DNA of 56,342 bases, filler included, from Catajapyx aquilonaris (taxonomy: Eukaryota), in NCBI GenBank assembly GCA_000934665.2. It is 2 parts of 2 records of this genome, joined end to end, with 100 filler letters (N's around TTAATTAATTAA, not from the genome) between each part and the next. Parts side by side here need not be neighbours in the genome. Positions count along the whole stretch, not along the records: positions 28,218 to 56,342 come from JYFJ02004966.1; 1 more part is not named here. One strand, written 5' to 3'. The first letter of the stretch is position 1. Each line of letters begins with the position of its first letter. The notes beneath the pieces are model-generated. The model ran no database searches, was not told the DNA's origin, and saw nothing but the letters and a program-made list of their open reading frames with translations. Below, piece after piece: positions 38,855 to 50,670 of this stretch. Both the position numbers and the translations under genes were made by a program.

Positions 38855-39748
38855 CCTCCTGAGACCTGTCGACATATGTCGACATCAGCAAAAGATTTGT
38901 TTGGCGCCAACCAGCGATGCCAACAGAACTTTAATCTGTTGGTATCCCATCGTTACAATCTGGCCTCAATAGCTGTAGCCACCTAGCGTCGAATATCTGG
39001 CTTGGACCGCGAAAATTAAATCGCGGACAAAATGGCGGATTCCGCTGCTGAAGCTAGGCTCTCATCCGATCAGTTTTATTTTTTTTACTCATATTTAGAA
39101 TGCGATTTTCGAAATGCAGTGAATGTCCTGGGATTCGCAAGGGATGTGTCTTAGGAACTGCGAAAAGATTATTCTGTGACAATCTTTGTTGCTGTAGAGA
39201 ACTGGTCATTTTATTTTCTTCCTGAGACCAAATGCCCATTTAAATGGACATCCGAAAAATGGAATTTTTAGCTGAATGGGTGTGACTTTTCTTGAAGTGC
39301 CTGTACCTATACACCCATAAGGAAGTGGGCTTTTCACTATGCAGTTCAGTTTTAAAATCTAGAATAGCAAGGTACCACTTTAGCGGGTAAGAAGGGAAGG
39401 AGCAAGCCCCATCCCTGGAGTGGAGGCGTTCAAAAATAATTTCATTTATCTTTAATTGTCTTCTGAGAGGAATTGCTACCACTAATTCCACAAATGAATT
39501 TTAAAAACATTGTTTGGAGGATAGAGCACTATGTGAGTGATCCATTAAGTGGTATTTCAATTTTCAGCTTTCATCCGTTCTGCTTTTGTAGCACCAATTA
39601 GGTCCTAATATTCTCATTGGTTGTTTGTCGCCATTTTTGTCGATATTTTAAAACTAAATTTTTTTTCTCGTTTCTTATTGGGAACATGTTCAGAAAATGC
39701 AATAGGAACTGACATCGCGTTAAAAAATTCTTCTCAGGTCTCAGGAGG
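38855..39748. mobile_element. Non-autonomous TIR element with ATAT TSD
   Basis: 14-bp TIRs CCTCCTGAGACCTG / CAGGTCTCAGGAGG. ATAT at 38851-38854 and 39749-39752. Confidence 0.75.
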
Positions 39749-40439
39749 ATATGTAATCTCCCATCATGCTATCATTGTACTGTCCTTGGTATACATATGA
39801 TTGTCCTGGTCACAAAAGCAAACTTTTTACACCATAATTGCCATTTTCTGTACTTTCTAGACACGGGGAAACTGAAACACACAATAAATGCCCAAACACA
39901 AACATAAAGTTAAAATTTGTTACATAGTGTTATTTTCGTCACATGAAAAGCTGTCACTCCAATCGGGCTCCCAACAACGGACCCAACCTTGGACCCAACA
40001 AATGTAGATCTTTCCACCCTAACGTGTCAGATATTTTCCAGCGATGTGCAACTGGCCGAGCAACTGGGACTCCAGAAGACACTGCAGATCAAGCTCCAGA
40101 TCTCATGGCACATTCATCCTCGCATTCATCTTCCCAGAATTCTTCAACCATTTCATCTGCGGAGTCAACCATCAGGCGAGAAATGTACAGTCCAAGACGC
40201 GGTCCAAGATACAGCCTAGATCTTGGTGTAGATTCAGATGGCTCAGAAGGAATCGCCTCAGGACGAAATGAAGGTGGCTCTTCCCCAGAGACCATTAATC
40301 CCTCGATTAATCCAGCAAAAAAGCGAAAGGTTGTGCCACGATTATTTTATTCAGATGAAGAATCCGAGGACGCAGCCCTTGATGAGACGCAAGATCTTTA
40401 GCAAGGTGATGAACATAATGATGCAGATGTGGATTTTTC

Positions 40440-41869
40440 ATGCGCGGGACTGACAGATCCGACAGATCAAATAGCACCGCTCTCTGTCAGTCTCGCGAAA
40501 GGTTGTCCAAAATATGTGTAAGCAGCGGGGTGAAAAAAAGTCAGAGCGAAAGTTCTTCCACACCTACAACTACAGAAATGAGAGTAACAGTGAATAACAA
40601 TTTCGGCGATGACAAAAGTAAGTGGAAAACGAAGAAGTACAGCCGCAGTGAAAGAAAAAAACGCACGTTGTTGCGTAGTGCAAAAGGTTGCACGACAATC
40701 ACAGCGTACTTTCCATTGCTAAACGAAATGGAAAGACTAATGAAACAAAACAGGGAACTGCAAGAAACCCTGGAGTCCGTGATGAGGACGCATGATAACA
40801 CACAGCACGCTGACAGTCCAAAAACTTCCACATTCCTTTCTCAATTAACTTCTCATGCATTAAAAAATACCCAGAAAGGAACAGGGGCACGGTACGAAAG
40901 GGCCGTAACGTTATTTGCGACTTATTTATTTCTACTTGGAGGAAGAATGCTGTACGACACTCTGTATGCGAACTTATACCTGCGTCTTTACCCAGAACAC
41001 GTACCGTACTAAGGAACTTAAGTATCAGCAAGGACCACACCCACACAGTATGTGAAGGTATGTACAGACTGAAAGAGTTGCACACCTTTCTTACTGAGAG
41101 AGGACTTCCAATGCTTGTGTGCGTGAGTGAGGACGCAACCCGCATATCTGGACGTGTACAGTACGATTCATCTTCAAATCAACTGGTAGGATTTGTTCTG
41201 CCATTAGATGACAATGGCAACCCAGTTCCTCGTAGCTTTACTGCTAATTCAGCCAGTGACATTGAGAGGATGTTCATGACAGAGTCAGTTTCATCATTAG
41301 CGTACGCAATCATGGCAAAACCGTTACAAAATGGGGCTCCGTCATTTTGCCTAAATCTATTTGGAAGTGACAACAAATTTACGGCGGAGCAGGTTGAAAA
41401 AAGATGGCAGCAATTGGAGAGAGCAGCACTAACATTTGGAATAAGAATAATGTGCTTTTCCTCAGATGGAGATCCTCGGCTACTCAAGACAATGCGAGGG
41501 AAGGCAAGATTAGTTCCATCAAGAGTTCCATCAACCAGTGATTCACAGCAGGATTCGTCGCAGGTACTACAACCCGAGCTACAACCGCAGCCACAACTTG
41601 TACCTGAACTCTGGCAGGGATGGTATTTTATTCCTCGTGACCCTGGCGCGGTGTACCCACAGGAGCGAGAACATGAGCCTTCATGCATACAGGATTCGGT
41701 GCACATTGGTACCAAACTAAGGGCGAGACTGCTAAAACCTTCCATTTTGCTCCCTATAGGACACTGCGTAATTAGTGTCACTCATCTGAAAATGTTGAGG
41801 GAGAAAGTACCGAAGACACTGCATTGTCTTACGGAAAGTGATCTTCAGCCAAAAGACAAAATGAACTGA
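40440..41869 (+). pseudogene. Divergent P-element-superfamily-like transposase, 3'-truncated; probable 5' exons at 36884-37041 and 38301-38555
   Basis: YLFLLGGRMLYDTLYANL, VSEDATRISGRVQYD..NQLVGFVLPLD, FSSDGDPRLL and QDSVHIGTKLRARLL (D..D..DxxH pattern). Confidence 0.7.
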
Positions 41870-42312
41870 TGTGACCGGATGTGACTGAGATTGGCAGGGT
41901 TTGCATCGGTTTGCATACAATGGGTACTGCTGATTGGAATCTAGACTTGCCTTTGTTATTTTCGATAATTTAGAGGATTTCTCAGTCACCGTCAGTCACC
42001 GACAGTCACCATTTCATCAGTCAGGTGTACACTTTTTCGGCCAGTGTCTAACCCCTTGGTTCGAATACGTTCAGGTTTGAATTCGCGGGCAGAGCCATGC
42101 GTCTCCTCCATTTCCCATTCCTGCCGCCAGGCGGCGAGGGTGTCGTGAACAGTAGCATACGGTTGCAACCGTATCGCCAAAATACGCATAATTAACCGGT
42201 TCCCCTGGGCTCATAGTTCATCGGAAAAAATAATCATCGGTGTCGTTGGAATCGTATTTTTTTGCCCGATTTTTGGGGGCCAACTTGTATTTTGAGTGGA
42301 GTGTCCCTTTAA

Positions 42313-42591
42313 GGTCAGGGGCTCTTCCTAAGGGCGTGTTGATGCTCAGCTAGTGGAGCAGTTACAGGAAGAAATTGAATACTGGCGGCAGGTTTTGAAG
42401 CGGGTGGAAGTAACAGTGAAGTTTCTGGCAATTAGAGGACAGCCTTCTCGTGGTACAGACGAAAGGTTCGGTAGTATCCACAATGGGAATTACATAGGAA
42501 TGTTGGAATTTCTTGCTCAGTTTGACCCCTTCCTTGCGGACCACCTGCAACGGTATGGAAGGGTAGGGAGTGGAAATACTTCTTATATGTC
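42313..42591 (+). pseudogene. hAT transposase continuation (DUF4371-like)
   Basis: EIEYWRQVLKRV..KFLAIRGQPSRG..HNGNYIGMLEFLAQFDPFLADHL..TSYMS. In frame with 34477 once the Kolobok is removed (one internal stop). Confidence 0.85.
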
Positions 42592-43845
42592 TGTAACGAA
42601 AGAGAATCAGCTAGAATATAGTCCGAAATTGTCAACGGAAACTATGTCAAAGATGGTGTCCGAACCAACCCTGTGCATAATTGTAAGGACAGAGGTTGGA
42701 AAAGGAGAGAAGGAGAGAAGGGTATTGAGGGTCATAAAATAAGGAAAAAGGTTAGGAGGGTCGGCACCAGAGGGCGCCAGTGCCTTGACATGGAGGGAAG
42801 TACTCATACACACACCAGAGAGGTCACCGGTGTCTGAAACTACCGTTATTCGTCTTTTCCGATTTTTCCAGCGTTAACCTGGTTTTGAAGCAATAAAACA
42901 GTATACCTGCTTGAACTATGGATGGCGGTCGAGTAAGGATCAATTGTCAAAGCAAGTGCATCAATGTCTAGGTAAGCGATGCGGCGCAATTGTACGTATC
43001 TTTTAAGGAACAGCCAGGAAGGGCTATAAGAAGGGGTCAAGTCGGCTGAATAAATAGGGAATGCAGAGGCTGAGATGGAAGCTTCTAGCGGAAGTCGAAG
43101 TCGACGCAGAGGAGTGGAAAAGACTACTTTGTTTTATTGACCCCTCTCCAGCCTCTCCCCCCTCCCCCCTAAGTGCCTCTGGGCAGCTGGGTACCACACA
43201 TGACGACAGGTATCAGAGTCTAAACCTCTTGATATATCGACAAATTGTTTTCGGATTCGGATTCAGAGAACCCTAAATAGGTTTCATGGTCGACTTATGA
43301 TGTCTGGTCACTTCCGGTGTGTCGGATTTACTCTATCCTCCACGGTCACGTCTATATGTGGGTGACCTTGGGTTCCTCGGCAACTACAAATGAGACTGAC
43401 AAAAAATTCCATGCCATTGTCGTCCAATTTGAATTCTTGGCCATGAGAAAAAGTCTACTCGCGTGATTGACCAATCTTGTTTTTTCTTCTTCTAATAATT
43501 TATTGATTTCAGTTTTAATGGCAGCATACATCAAAGTTTTGCATCTAAAATTACAGGTCAATTAAGTGGCTACAGAATGATGTGGACTTCCCTGCGAGTC
43601 AAATAAAACATCCGTGCCCCAAGACATGTTGTTGCATCTTTGCTGAAACAACTCAACCCAAGTGGCACAGCGGCAAGATTGCGACGGTGGTTGCATCGTC
43701 GCACATACAATGCTCCAGGCCCTGACCATTGTTGGCATATGGACGGCTCTGATAAGTTAAAGCCATATGGTTTTCCCATCCACGGATGTGTAGATGGTTA
43801 TTCAAGGCGCGTCATGTGGCTATGTGTTGGCTATACTAACAATGA

Positions 43846-44180
43846 AGGGAGACTGAGTGGCGCCGCGGTAACGCGCGCGCCCACGGAAGTTAAGGTCCCG
43901 GGTTCGATCCCCACCCGGGGTTCCCACCTTCTTTCGTGCAGAGTTGGGCCATCTCTGGCTTCGTTTCGGGTGGCAATTTCCGATAGACTAAGCCACCCGG
44001 GGGAGTTCACAAAATGACCAATTAACGACAGCGCACATGCACTTTGCACATCCCCTCCTAACGACCCGTGAAACACACTAAATACTTTCAGTATACTAGT
44101 TTCACCCCAGATGGTGGTAGCCCACCCCCCTAAACGAGCCTCAGGCTCGAGCACGGGGTATCAATAAATAAATAAATAAA
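43846..44180 (+). mobile_element. Full-length tRNA-derived SINE
   Basis: A-box TGGCGCCGCGG, B-box GGTTCGATCCC and (TAAA)n tail. Perfect 14-bp TSD TATACTAACAATGA at 43832-43845 and 44181-44194. Confidence 0.92.
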
Positions 44181-44464
44181 TATACTAACAATGATCCACA
44201 GGTAATTGCCACGCACTACACAGAGTGTGTAAAAGCCATGAAAGGGTGCCCGACAATGTTAAGATCGGACTGTGGCACGGAAAATGTATTTTGTGCAGCT
44301 ATTCAGAACACCGGGAGTGGGCATGTCTACGGCACCTCCCCAAGCAACCAGAGGATCGAGAGTTACTGGTCATTTTTCAGGAAATTCCGTTCGCAGTGGT
44401 GGATAGATATGTTTGAAGACCTGGCTAATTATGGAATAATCAATTGCAGCAGTGAGAGACAGAC

Positions 44465-44747
44465 TGTAATGGAAATCCATTTGGACTTGTTTGACACACC
44501 CGTTTCTTTTGTGGTACTGATAAATATACGAAGGCCACTGAGGTGAGAGTTTGTAAAGAAATAGCGACCTACCACCTTGGGGAGCAGTGGTGCTTCCGCT
44601 CGCTCCTGAAGCTGTCTTTTGCCACTTACCTGACCATTACACTGTGTGTTTTCAAGGACAATATATATACTTTCCAAACCATCGTTTTGGGACGTTATTC
44701 GGGGTGCACCTTTTTGACCATCGTCTATTTGGGGGTACCTCGTTACA
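44465..44747. mobile_element. Solo LTR
   Basis: TGTAA...TTACA termini with a 5-bp TSD CAGAC (44460-44464, 44748-44752). Confidence 0.8.
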
Positions 44748-45121
44748 CAGACCGTTTGTGCCTCCAATTTTCTTTTATGCCTGCTCTTCAGAAAGAACTA
44801 AATGACCTGTGAGATATCTGGAATTCTCACCGAATTAGGCCATCGAGAGGTGCAGTGTGTCCTGGTGGCATTCCAGATCAATTGTATTTTGTGCCGGAGT
44901 TTTCAGGTGGCTGCAATTGCTTACATTCAGTGGCACTTAATTTCGAGGAGGAATTGCAGTTGGCTACATCAAACATCACTCAGAGGTCATCCAATGCTGC
45001 ATATGATGATTATCTCACATACCTTTGTAACAGCAGCGGTTTGTGTTCAAATCCAGTTACTGTGAGAGAATCATTACAATTGCAAAAGGGACGAGAAAAA
45101 TTGCTTCGTGTCACTGGTTGT

Positions 45122-46822
45122 GGATGACATGAAAATTAAGCAGCAGGTGGAGTTTGATGGGAAAAAAGTTGTGAGATATATAGATCATGGCACAGGCATT
45201 GTGGATGATGACAGCTTCCCTGAAGCTACCAGTGTCTGTGTGTTAGTGTGAGATTTCAGGTGCCCATTGGCTATTTTCTAATTAACAGTTTAACAAGTTC
45301 AGAGAGAGCTGCTTTGGTAAAAACTGCCCTGACTAAACTGCATGAGAGTGGTGTGGAGGTATTGTCCTTAGTGTTCGATGGGACATCTAGCAATGTTGCT
45401 ACCGCTAATGTTTTGGGCCAACATCACCGGTGAAATTGACAAGCTTCGAACATTGTTTTGTCATCCGGTTGACGAAGCTAAGAAGGTGCATGTCATGTTG
45501 GATGTGTGCCATATGCTAAAGCTGGTCAGAAATGCGGTTGCTGAAAAGGGTCATTTGAAAGACAGCAATGGGTCAGATATTTCATGGGAGCATAACAAAG
45601 CTCTCCATAAATTGCAGGGAGATGAGGGCTTACACCTGGCAAATAAGTCGCGAAAATGTCACATGGAGTGGGAGAAGCTTTAGATGAACAGTTTATTTGA
45701 CCTCTTGAATTCCAGACATAGGCTACTTTCGGGAAGAACTTCAAAGTACCTATTAAGTGTGAAAATGAGTCATTATGGAGTCCATTTTTTAGGAAGGCTG
45801 AAGCGTATTTGAGGAATTTAATAGTCAGTGGGACAGGACAACATGTGTGTGAATCTCGTAGGAAGACAGGGTTTTTGAGATTGATTGTTGCTATGCGTAG
45901 TTTGGAGTCAATCTTCAGAAATGTGATGTTGCCAAGCAATACATCTCTGAAATACTTATTGACATACAAGTTGTCGCAGGATCACCTTGAAATATTCTTT
46001 GGCTGCATCAGGGCAAGAGGAGGCTGGAACAATAATCCCACAGTCCGCCAGTTTCAAGGTTCTTACAAGCGATTGCTGGTCAAAAATGAAGTCCAAATGT
46101 CAAGGGCAGGGAACTGCTTGCAGTTTGATGACGTGAGAATTTTACATGTTCCAAGCAGCCTGACTAGCAATAGGGCAAGGGATGATTATGATCCCATGGA
46201 TCTGGCAAAAGCCTTACAGGACCATGATTATGACCTTTATCATGACATTTCATCCCTGAGCCATTATGCCCAGACAGTTGTGCCATATATAGCAGGGTTT
46301 GTAGTGAAAAAGGTGTGTGGTATTGTTGTTAGATGCAGTGATTGTGCCAAAGCAATCATTGCAAACCAGTATGATCTAGGCACACAATCATTATCAGGTG
46401 ATCAGATTCCCATAAGTGTGGACAGGTCAAGTTACAACGTCTCTCTCATTGAAAAGAAAAACCAGGGTGGTTTGGTGTTTCCGTCTGCTGATGCCATCTC
46501 AGTGTGCAAGCTCACAGAACTGTACTTGAGGGCAGAGCTCAATAAGACGGATCCAAATTTGGCCACATTTGCAAGGTTAGCATTTCAAATCAGCACAAAA
46601 GTTTTGCACCACGTTTTATCCTTCAATTTGTTTGCCTGTTTGACTGATCATGTAGAAACCCTGGGTCCAGAGGAAAATCATGTGGCCTTGTTAACCAAGC
46701 TCTTGGTGGTCAAGTATGTGCGAGTTCGTATCCATCATGTGGTGAAGCATAAGAATTCATCATTCTCACGAAAGAGTTCTAGGTCGCAATTGAACCGACT
46801 TATTATTAACCAAAATTTGTGA
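45122..46822 (+). pseudogene. P-element/THAP9-like transposase, 5'-truncated and frameshifted
   Basis: DDMKIKQQVEFDG, VPIGYFLI, VFDGTSSN, LDVCHMLKLVRN, GLHLANK and YLLTYKLSQDHLEIFFGCIRARGGWNNNPT. Confidence 0.92.
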
Positions 46823-48021
46823 GGAATAAAATCATTCCCTTCAAATTATTGATTATTATTGATCAATAATTTGAAGGGAATAATTTTAAGGAGTGACAAC
46901 AGAGAACTAGGTCTCTGTTGTCACTCCACTGGATGAAAAAATCGTTTGTGTGTGATCTAGTTCTCAGGCTATTATATTGGGACCCGACTGAAGCATCAAG
47001 GGCTACATGTATGATTCTCAATAATATTATGTTGTTTTCTTGCCATAATAAATCATGTCTCTGAAAAATCCGTGGAAATACATTCCCTTCTTGTTGTCTC
47101 CAACACCTTCATTTTAGGCATTTCAGTGTTCGATCATTGCCTGAGGACCAGTTTCTCCCCATGTTTGTAATAAGACTATACTGGAGCCTGGAAATGGGGA
47201 TGCGGTCTGATCTAACCTTTTAAAGTCCTATACAGCCCATTTCTTGCCATTTATTCAAATTAAACGAATATCCACATACATATAAAGCCAACTGGAGCCT
47301 ACACTGGAGACTGAGTGTCATGTTACTTGACCAGCTTGACCACCAGGAGCTGCCAAGTACACTAATAAGTTATCATGAATTAGATGTGCTGACAAGGCAA
47401 GCAGAAGGCAGTTTCATCGTTTCATTCCTCTCCCAATATGGCCGCCAGCGGGGCCTAACGCCGGCGTCATGCGTTTGCATTGCAGGGGTACCTCAGGGCC
47501 CCTCCAGATTCTTCAACCTCCTTGCTGGTTGCTAGCTGGGGAATTGTGAAAGGTATTGCTGCGCCATCTTTCGTCCTACTAGTGAACACTATGGTCTTGT
47601 AATCTGGCACAGAAGCACATGCTGTTTCGCACTGCCTACTCCTGATGTGAGATACCTGCCAGCAACATCTGAGCGAGTTTTTCCGGTAAGTTTCCATCAC
47701 CCAGTGTCCCTACTACACAGTTGTGGTGGCATTCAACAGTATTATATGTATGTGCAGTATGAGTGATGGAAGTGGGTAATCATTGAATATGTGGCGGGGG
47801 CGGGTATGCACTTCCCCCCGGAAAATGTGCGGCTGGGGCAAGTGCACCTCTGCTGCTTGGGGTAAGTGCACTCATGATGTGCTCTTACCCCACATAATAA
47901 TTGAGTTCATTTTCTGTGTGAATGTTACATTTTACACTTACACTACATTTACTTGACATATTACACTCACTGGCACTAGCTTACTCTGAGCCTTCTGTGT
48001 TCCAAAGCAGCAAATGTCGAA

Positions 48022-48182
48022 ATGGGGGAGGACTTACACAAGAACATCACTACGAGGGACCAGCTGCACGACTGAAGCCCTTCAAAAGGCAGTGCAGGAA
48101 ATTCGAGCTGGCGTATTGACTGCTCCTAGAGCTGCCTTAATCTTCAACATTCCATTGAGCACCATACGAGACCATGTGAACC
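48022..48182 (+). pseudogene. pogo/Tigger N-terminal psq-type HTH fragment
   Basis: RTYTR..EALQKAVQEIRAGVLTAPRAALIFNIPLSTIRDHV (frame not in the ORF track; +1 G after the ATG). Confidence 0.7.
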
Positions 48183-48201
48183 TGCATTATTAGGTGATGA
48201 T

Positions 48202-50670
48202 ATGCAGGGTCTTATTGTGCCTATTGCTCCTGCTATGGTGGCCACTGTCATACAGGGTGATCCCATGTTTCACGACCCTCCTGTTCCCAGGGCTACACCC
48301 CATTCGGCCACACCTCAACCTACTATACATGCTACACCTCATGTCCCTACTCCAACTACTGCACAAGCTAGCGGTTTATTTTTATTGGATAGGGTAACTA
48401 CAGCCCTTACTAGTAAAAGGTTTTTGGGCATATTTGCTGATTTGAAGCCAACCGCACGCAAATGGAGCATTTTGATCGATGCCAGAGATGACGAGTTACG
48501 TGAGGTATGTCGACTTTGTGAAACGCAAAATCTCATCCCGCCTAGGGTTTCGGTGATGTTTCTGCATCTAACGGCATTATGGCCACGCCTACTTGAGCTG
48601 TTTCGTAATGATCACGGGGTACAACTGTTTGCAGAGCATGATAGGTTTCATACAGAGTCTAATTTTGCGTTCCTGTCAAAAGCCGGGGTAAATACTTGGC
48701 CTAAAGTGTCTACCAGTAATGGGGAGCATTCCAATGATAGGACTTGGGGTCACGTGGCGCAATACAAAAATAAGAAGAAGGGCAAAGGAAAAAATTGTTA
48801 AGTTGGGAAAGTGCGAGTACATTTACTTCAGTTGTGAATTACATTCATGATTTAAAAGAACAGTTTGGTTTTGTCTTGCAAGCTTTAAGGATCCCTAACC
48901 TAACAGAGGTGTTAAAGATGGTCCAAGGTAAGGGGGATACAGTATTGAGCTTGCAACCTACACGCTGGTTCCGAGTACAGGTGAGCTGTACAGCTAATCT
49001 ATCATCTACTGTCATTTCACCACAAGTTTTTAGTTTGTTACAAAAAGGGAGTAATTTTTTACCCCCCGCCTATCTTACCACAGAAAATTTTCAAGTATGT
49101 TTGTCACATCTAGAACATAATGTAGCCCTTGATTTAGATCGTTTGTATGGTCCTTTGGCTGGACCTCGATCTTTTAATCCTGGTTATGGATAATAAGGCA
49201 ATATTTGCAAATATGGGTGTCAGTTCAGCTGCACAGAAGGTGCCCTGTCATTATCCCGAGTATGAAGCATTTCAGGGTTTAAAGCAGTTTGTAAGACAAT
49301 ATGCAGCTAATCCTACTAAACATAAAAGATCCCTGCATAGGCAACTTTCACACAATGATCAGGAAGCGTTGCAGTGGCTACGTACAGAGAACACACTGAT
49401 CTTAAAACGTGCGGATAAAGGGTTTGGTTTCTGCTTCATGCCTAAGGAATTGTACATTAGCAAGATGCTACAACATTTAAGTGGCCCAAATTATTTTTAT
49501 GTTGGTTTTCTGGGCGATTTGGATCAAGACCTGTTGACATTCACAAAAGTCTGTTATGATAACATGCTTGAGCTGTTGCCTTTCTTACGCTCACACATTT
49601 TGAAAAACTTCTTATTGGTAAACAGATTTTTGGAAACTGATCATTATCAGATTCCTTTAATTTATGGTATTCCCAAATTGCATAAATTGGCAACTAACTT
49701 ACCTGAAGACATTGTTTTAAGGCCTATTATCCAAGGAATGCATTCGGTTGTGAGTCATGTTAGTGCAGTTCTGGTATTCATACTTCGGCCACTTATGCAT
49801 TTTGTAGACTACCAATTATTTAATCCAGATGATCTTATTTTAATTTGCAGGCAGGATTATGCAGTTCCTTCCCATTACATACTTAGCACATTGGATGTGT
49901 GTAACATGTATCCAACAATTGATTTAATGTTACTGCGCAAGGTTCTAAGAAATTTCTTTATTACGTTTAAACACTTTTCAAATGTTAGCAATTCCGTCCC
50001 CACATGGGTTTTCATGGAACTGTTAGAATTAGTCCTTGCAGCTAGCTTATTTCGCTTTGGTGAAAAGGTGCATGTGTGACCTTTGTTTTTTTCATGTACA
50101 TATCAACTTCATGTTTGCATCATCCTTCATTCTCCTCTACACCTCTTGTGAAGTAGTCCTATCCAACCCACAGTGCTTTGCGGCTTCCCCTACCTATATA
50201 AGTCCGTTACACCTTCCATTCGAGGCCTTTTCTCTTTGGGAGAGTATCCCTAGAGAACTGGCCGCCCCACCTCAACCTCTCACCTCACCTTTTTCGCATC
50301 ATCAATATTACTGAATGTATATATTCCATCGGTCATTAAAAGAGGTATAGAACGAACCCCTGGTGTTTTGTGTCATTCCCTGTCGATGACGATTCGGGTG
50401 ACACATGCACAACAACAAGGTGTACCTATGGGTAACGCGTTATTCCCCAGGCTTGCCATTATCTTCATGAATTCTTTTGAAATTGAGTTTGTGCGACTAC
50501 ATAGACAGGATATTTATCATTACCAGAGATATATTGATGGTGTTTTTCTCGTTGCCTCGCCTGAAATTGTGGCGTCTTATGTAACACAAGTTCCACTTGG
50601 CACAGGATTGCAAATAGTTGTACAAAAGCAAGGCGATACAGTTAATTTTTTAGATTACCATTTCTTTCTG
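48202..50670 (+). mobile_element. Penelope-like retroelement RT, copy A (disrupted)
   Basis: NLSS..LLQKGSNFLP, KRADKG, IYGIPKLHK, LRPII, TLDVCNMYPTID, QQQGVPMGN and RYIDG. Confidence 0.85.
50075..50403. mobile_element. Solo LTR in the Penelope RT
   Basis: TGTGAC...GTGACA with a CATG TSD (50071-50074, 50404-50407). Removal restores EKVHAQQQGVPMG. Confidence 0.85.

Larger units (their letters stand above)
34482..42308. mobile_element. Kolobok-type DNA transposon carrying nested insertions
   Basis: ~50-bp perfect TIRs AGGGACACTCCACTCAAAATACAAGTTGGCCCCCAAAAATCGGGCAAAAAA. TTAA TSD at 34478-34481 and 42309-42312. Purine-purine 5' terminus. Confidence 0.85.
43555..45100 (+). pseudogene. IS3EU-like (integrase-core) transposase, interrupted twice
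   Basis: GYRMMW, RRTYNAPGPDHCWHMDGSDKLKPYGFPIHGCVDGYSR, RSDCGTEN, NQRIESYW and WNSHRIR motifs. Confidence 0.85.

Noticed and set aside
42592..43330. Possible LTR starting TGTAACG after the hAT fragment
   Set aside because: No convincing right end or TSD that restores the hAT frame. Left unassigned.
45122..46822. Domesticated THAP9 host gene
   Set aside because: No THAP domain, multiple frameshifts and deletions, and embedded in TE debris.
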